From: Naegleria gruberi
Lineage: Eukaryota
NCBI GenBank assembly: GCA_000004985.1
Contig: GG738845.1
DNA length: 64,000 nucleotides
Strand: one strand, 5' to 3'
This document shows positions 62,601 through 64,000 of this stretch, piece by piece (position 1 is the first letter of the stretch; each line of letters starts with the position of its first letter). The notes beneath the pieces were generated by a model that did no database searches, was not told the origin of the DNA, and was given only the letters and a program-made list of their open reading frames with translations. Both the position numbers and the translations under genes were made by a program.

Positions 62601-64000
62601 AACCATCTGTTTTGATTTTTGTAGGATATGGAGATGATAGATCTGAAATCTTTGTTGAATTTGGTTGGAGTAGAAGCTACTGTTTGTGAATAAATCAACC
62701 TGTCATTCACATAATTTACATTTTCTAAAGGTAACCTTCCCATAAAAAAGATATCATTTTCATCATTTAAAAACATTAAACTTCTTCTACTGGCAAAACG
62801 ATTAACAATATTTTCTCCAATCAAGTCTCCCATTTCAGAAATTAAATTAAATTTCGTATAACTTTGGTTCGTTAAAAAGTCCAATGTTCTCACTGTTCCA
62901 TCAACCAATATTCCAGTTGTAGTTGAACCTACTGCCAACTTAATATCACTATTTTCAGTAAATACAAGTTTTGGAATAAAGTTGTAATGTTTCATGGTGT
63001 TTGCACCCCATAAAAATAAGGTTCCATTTGCTAACAAATAAGATGTATATCCAGAGCTGAAAATCTTTAGTGGAATGTTGGCAGAACCAGTAACAGTTGA
63101 CAAAACACCTTTTTCGTAAACTTGTGTTGGTTTAGATGTTGGTAATCTATTCTTTTCAATACCCAACTGGCCAGCACTACCTTGGCCAAATGAGTAAACA
63201 TGGCCATTTTTCGTGCTAATCATGCAATAATCATTTCCAAGCAATATCATCAGGATCTCCAGATAAATCATCTGCTGTGACAAGTATTGGTACAGCAGTT
63301 CTTCTTAGTGTGGAATTTAGTTGACCAAATGAATTCTCCCCCACAGTGTAGATACCCTTATCAACCTTCAACAGTAAGCTGGAAGATCCAATAGCTACCT
63401 TTTCAACAACATTTGATCCTATGCCAGTAACTTTGGTTAAAGTGTAATTTAAAGACAACACAGATTCATCACCAGAAAAAACATATCCCATCCAATATAA
63501 ATTCCCGCTTGTATCAATAACAGAGGAAAATTTGTTAAATTTTGAAACATAGATCTTGGATGCAACCTTCTTCCAGGAATTGACTATTTGGGGTGAAGAT
63601 AAGGAAATATTGTAAGTGGTCACAGTATGATTAATGTATAACTTTTCTTGTAGAGTTTCAATCATAGTAGCATTACAACACATTCTCTTTGTAATGTTTG
63701 TTTGGTTATTAAAGAGGTCATAACTTAATACTGACATGGTGGTGTTATCACATTCAACATAATCTTCACTACAATTGTAATTAGAAAGATCATAATATAG
63801 TTGTTCTGTTGTTGTGATATTGAAATCTCCAATAGTACCACCTATTTCACCACAAACTTGAATTGATCCATCTGAGGCAAGGAACTTTGAGTATGTACCA
63901 ATACTCATGTGTTGTATTGGGTATGCATAGGTGAAGCTTATTTGGGTGGGAGTTGAAACAGTGCTAAGTCCTTCATACCTACTACCCAAACAGAGCTCGT
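59635..64000 (-). CDS. Giant tenascin-type EGF-repeat surface protein with N-terminal RCC1-like repeats, C-terminal TM and tail; 5' end beyond window; reading frame interrupted at least four times
   Basis: At least 25 tandem 31-aa units (C-S-G-x-G-x-C-x5-C-x-C-x2-G-Y-x-G-x2-C-x4-C-F-G). Upstream RCC1-type repeats (HVYSFGQGSAGQLG; DLTLLLTRDGKVLGFGDNYALQ). The last exon-like segment encodes a TM (IVFVIVIVIVATVIII) plus tail down to the TAA at 59635. Collinear ORFs 60330..61223, 61178..61447, 61548..62606, 62588..63283 and 63231..63989 sit in different frames. Confidence 0.5.
60000..62400 (-). repeat. Coding tandem repeat array: about 93-nt EGF-like units
   Basis: Periodic recurrence of tgttttgg / tgtagtgg / aatgg motifs; the translated C-x-C-x2-G-Y-x-G-x2-C pattern repeats every about 31 aa. 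Confidence 0.7.

Noticed and set aside
1-64000. Dictyostelid origin, suggested by AT-richness, A-run start context and poly-N/Q proteins
   Set aside because: The presence of PACRG and a SAS-4/CENPJ G-box protein implies centrioles or flagella, which dictyostelids lack. The intergenic regions are also less extreme than in D. discoideum.
1-64000. Prokaryotic-style features (CRISPR arrays, IS elements, operons) and tRNA/rRNA genes
   Set aside because: No direct-repeat/spacer architecture, no inverted-repeat-flanked transposase ORFs, and no GC-rich cloverleaf-like islands (GGTTCGANTCC-type T-loop boxes) were seen in intergenic regions. The window is typical spliceosomal-intron-bearing nuclear DNA.

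Overview
The window is gene-dense nuclear DNA from an AT-rich (about 30% GC) eukaryote that uses the standard genetic code. TAA is the usual stop codon, and start codons typically sit in an AAAAAAAATG context. Introns are short (about 40-100 nt), spliceosomal and GT-AG. Roughly 40% of the genes here carry 1-6 introns; the rest are single exon. I call about 40 protein-coding genes, found no rRNA or tRNA genes, and saw nothing prokaryotic (no CRISPR, operons or IS elements).

Confidently recognised products:
- PACRG
- a Ras/Ral-like GTPase
- eIF3a
- EMC4
- RagA/Gtr1
- DnaJ-B
- the Scc2/NIPBL cohesin loader
- PDCD2
- a survivin-like BIR protein
- proteasome beta-1
- a SAS-4/CENPJ G-box protein
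- ESF1
- Sua5/YrdC
- KRR1
- SERINC
- VPS45
- a Thg1-like protein
- TFIIH p62
- a jacalin-lectin protein
- a giant tenascin-type EGF-repeat plus RCC1-repeat surface protein at the 3' end

PACRG and SAS-4 imply an organism that builds centrioles or flagella, so the poly-Asn/Gln tracts do not mean a dictyostelid. Beyond that I cannot assign a lineage; a heterolobosean-like or other flagellated protist is one possibility.

Four N-runs (assembly gaps) fall inside coding regions. Several convergent gene pairs have stop codons 0-6 nt apart, and one pair overlaps. A GC-rich E2F-like element (TTTGGCGCC) recurs in otherwise AT-rich promoters.

Exon coordinates were derived by hand from reading frames and GT-AG signals. 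No database search could be run.
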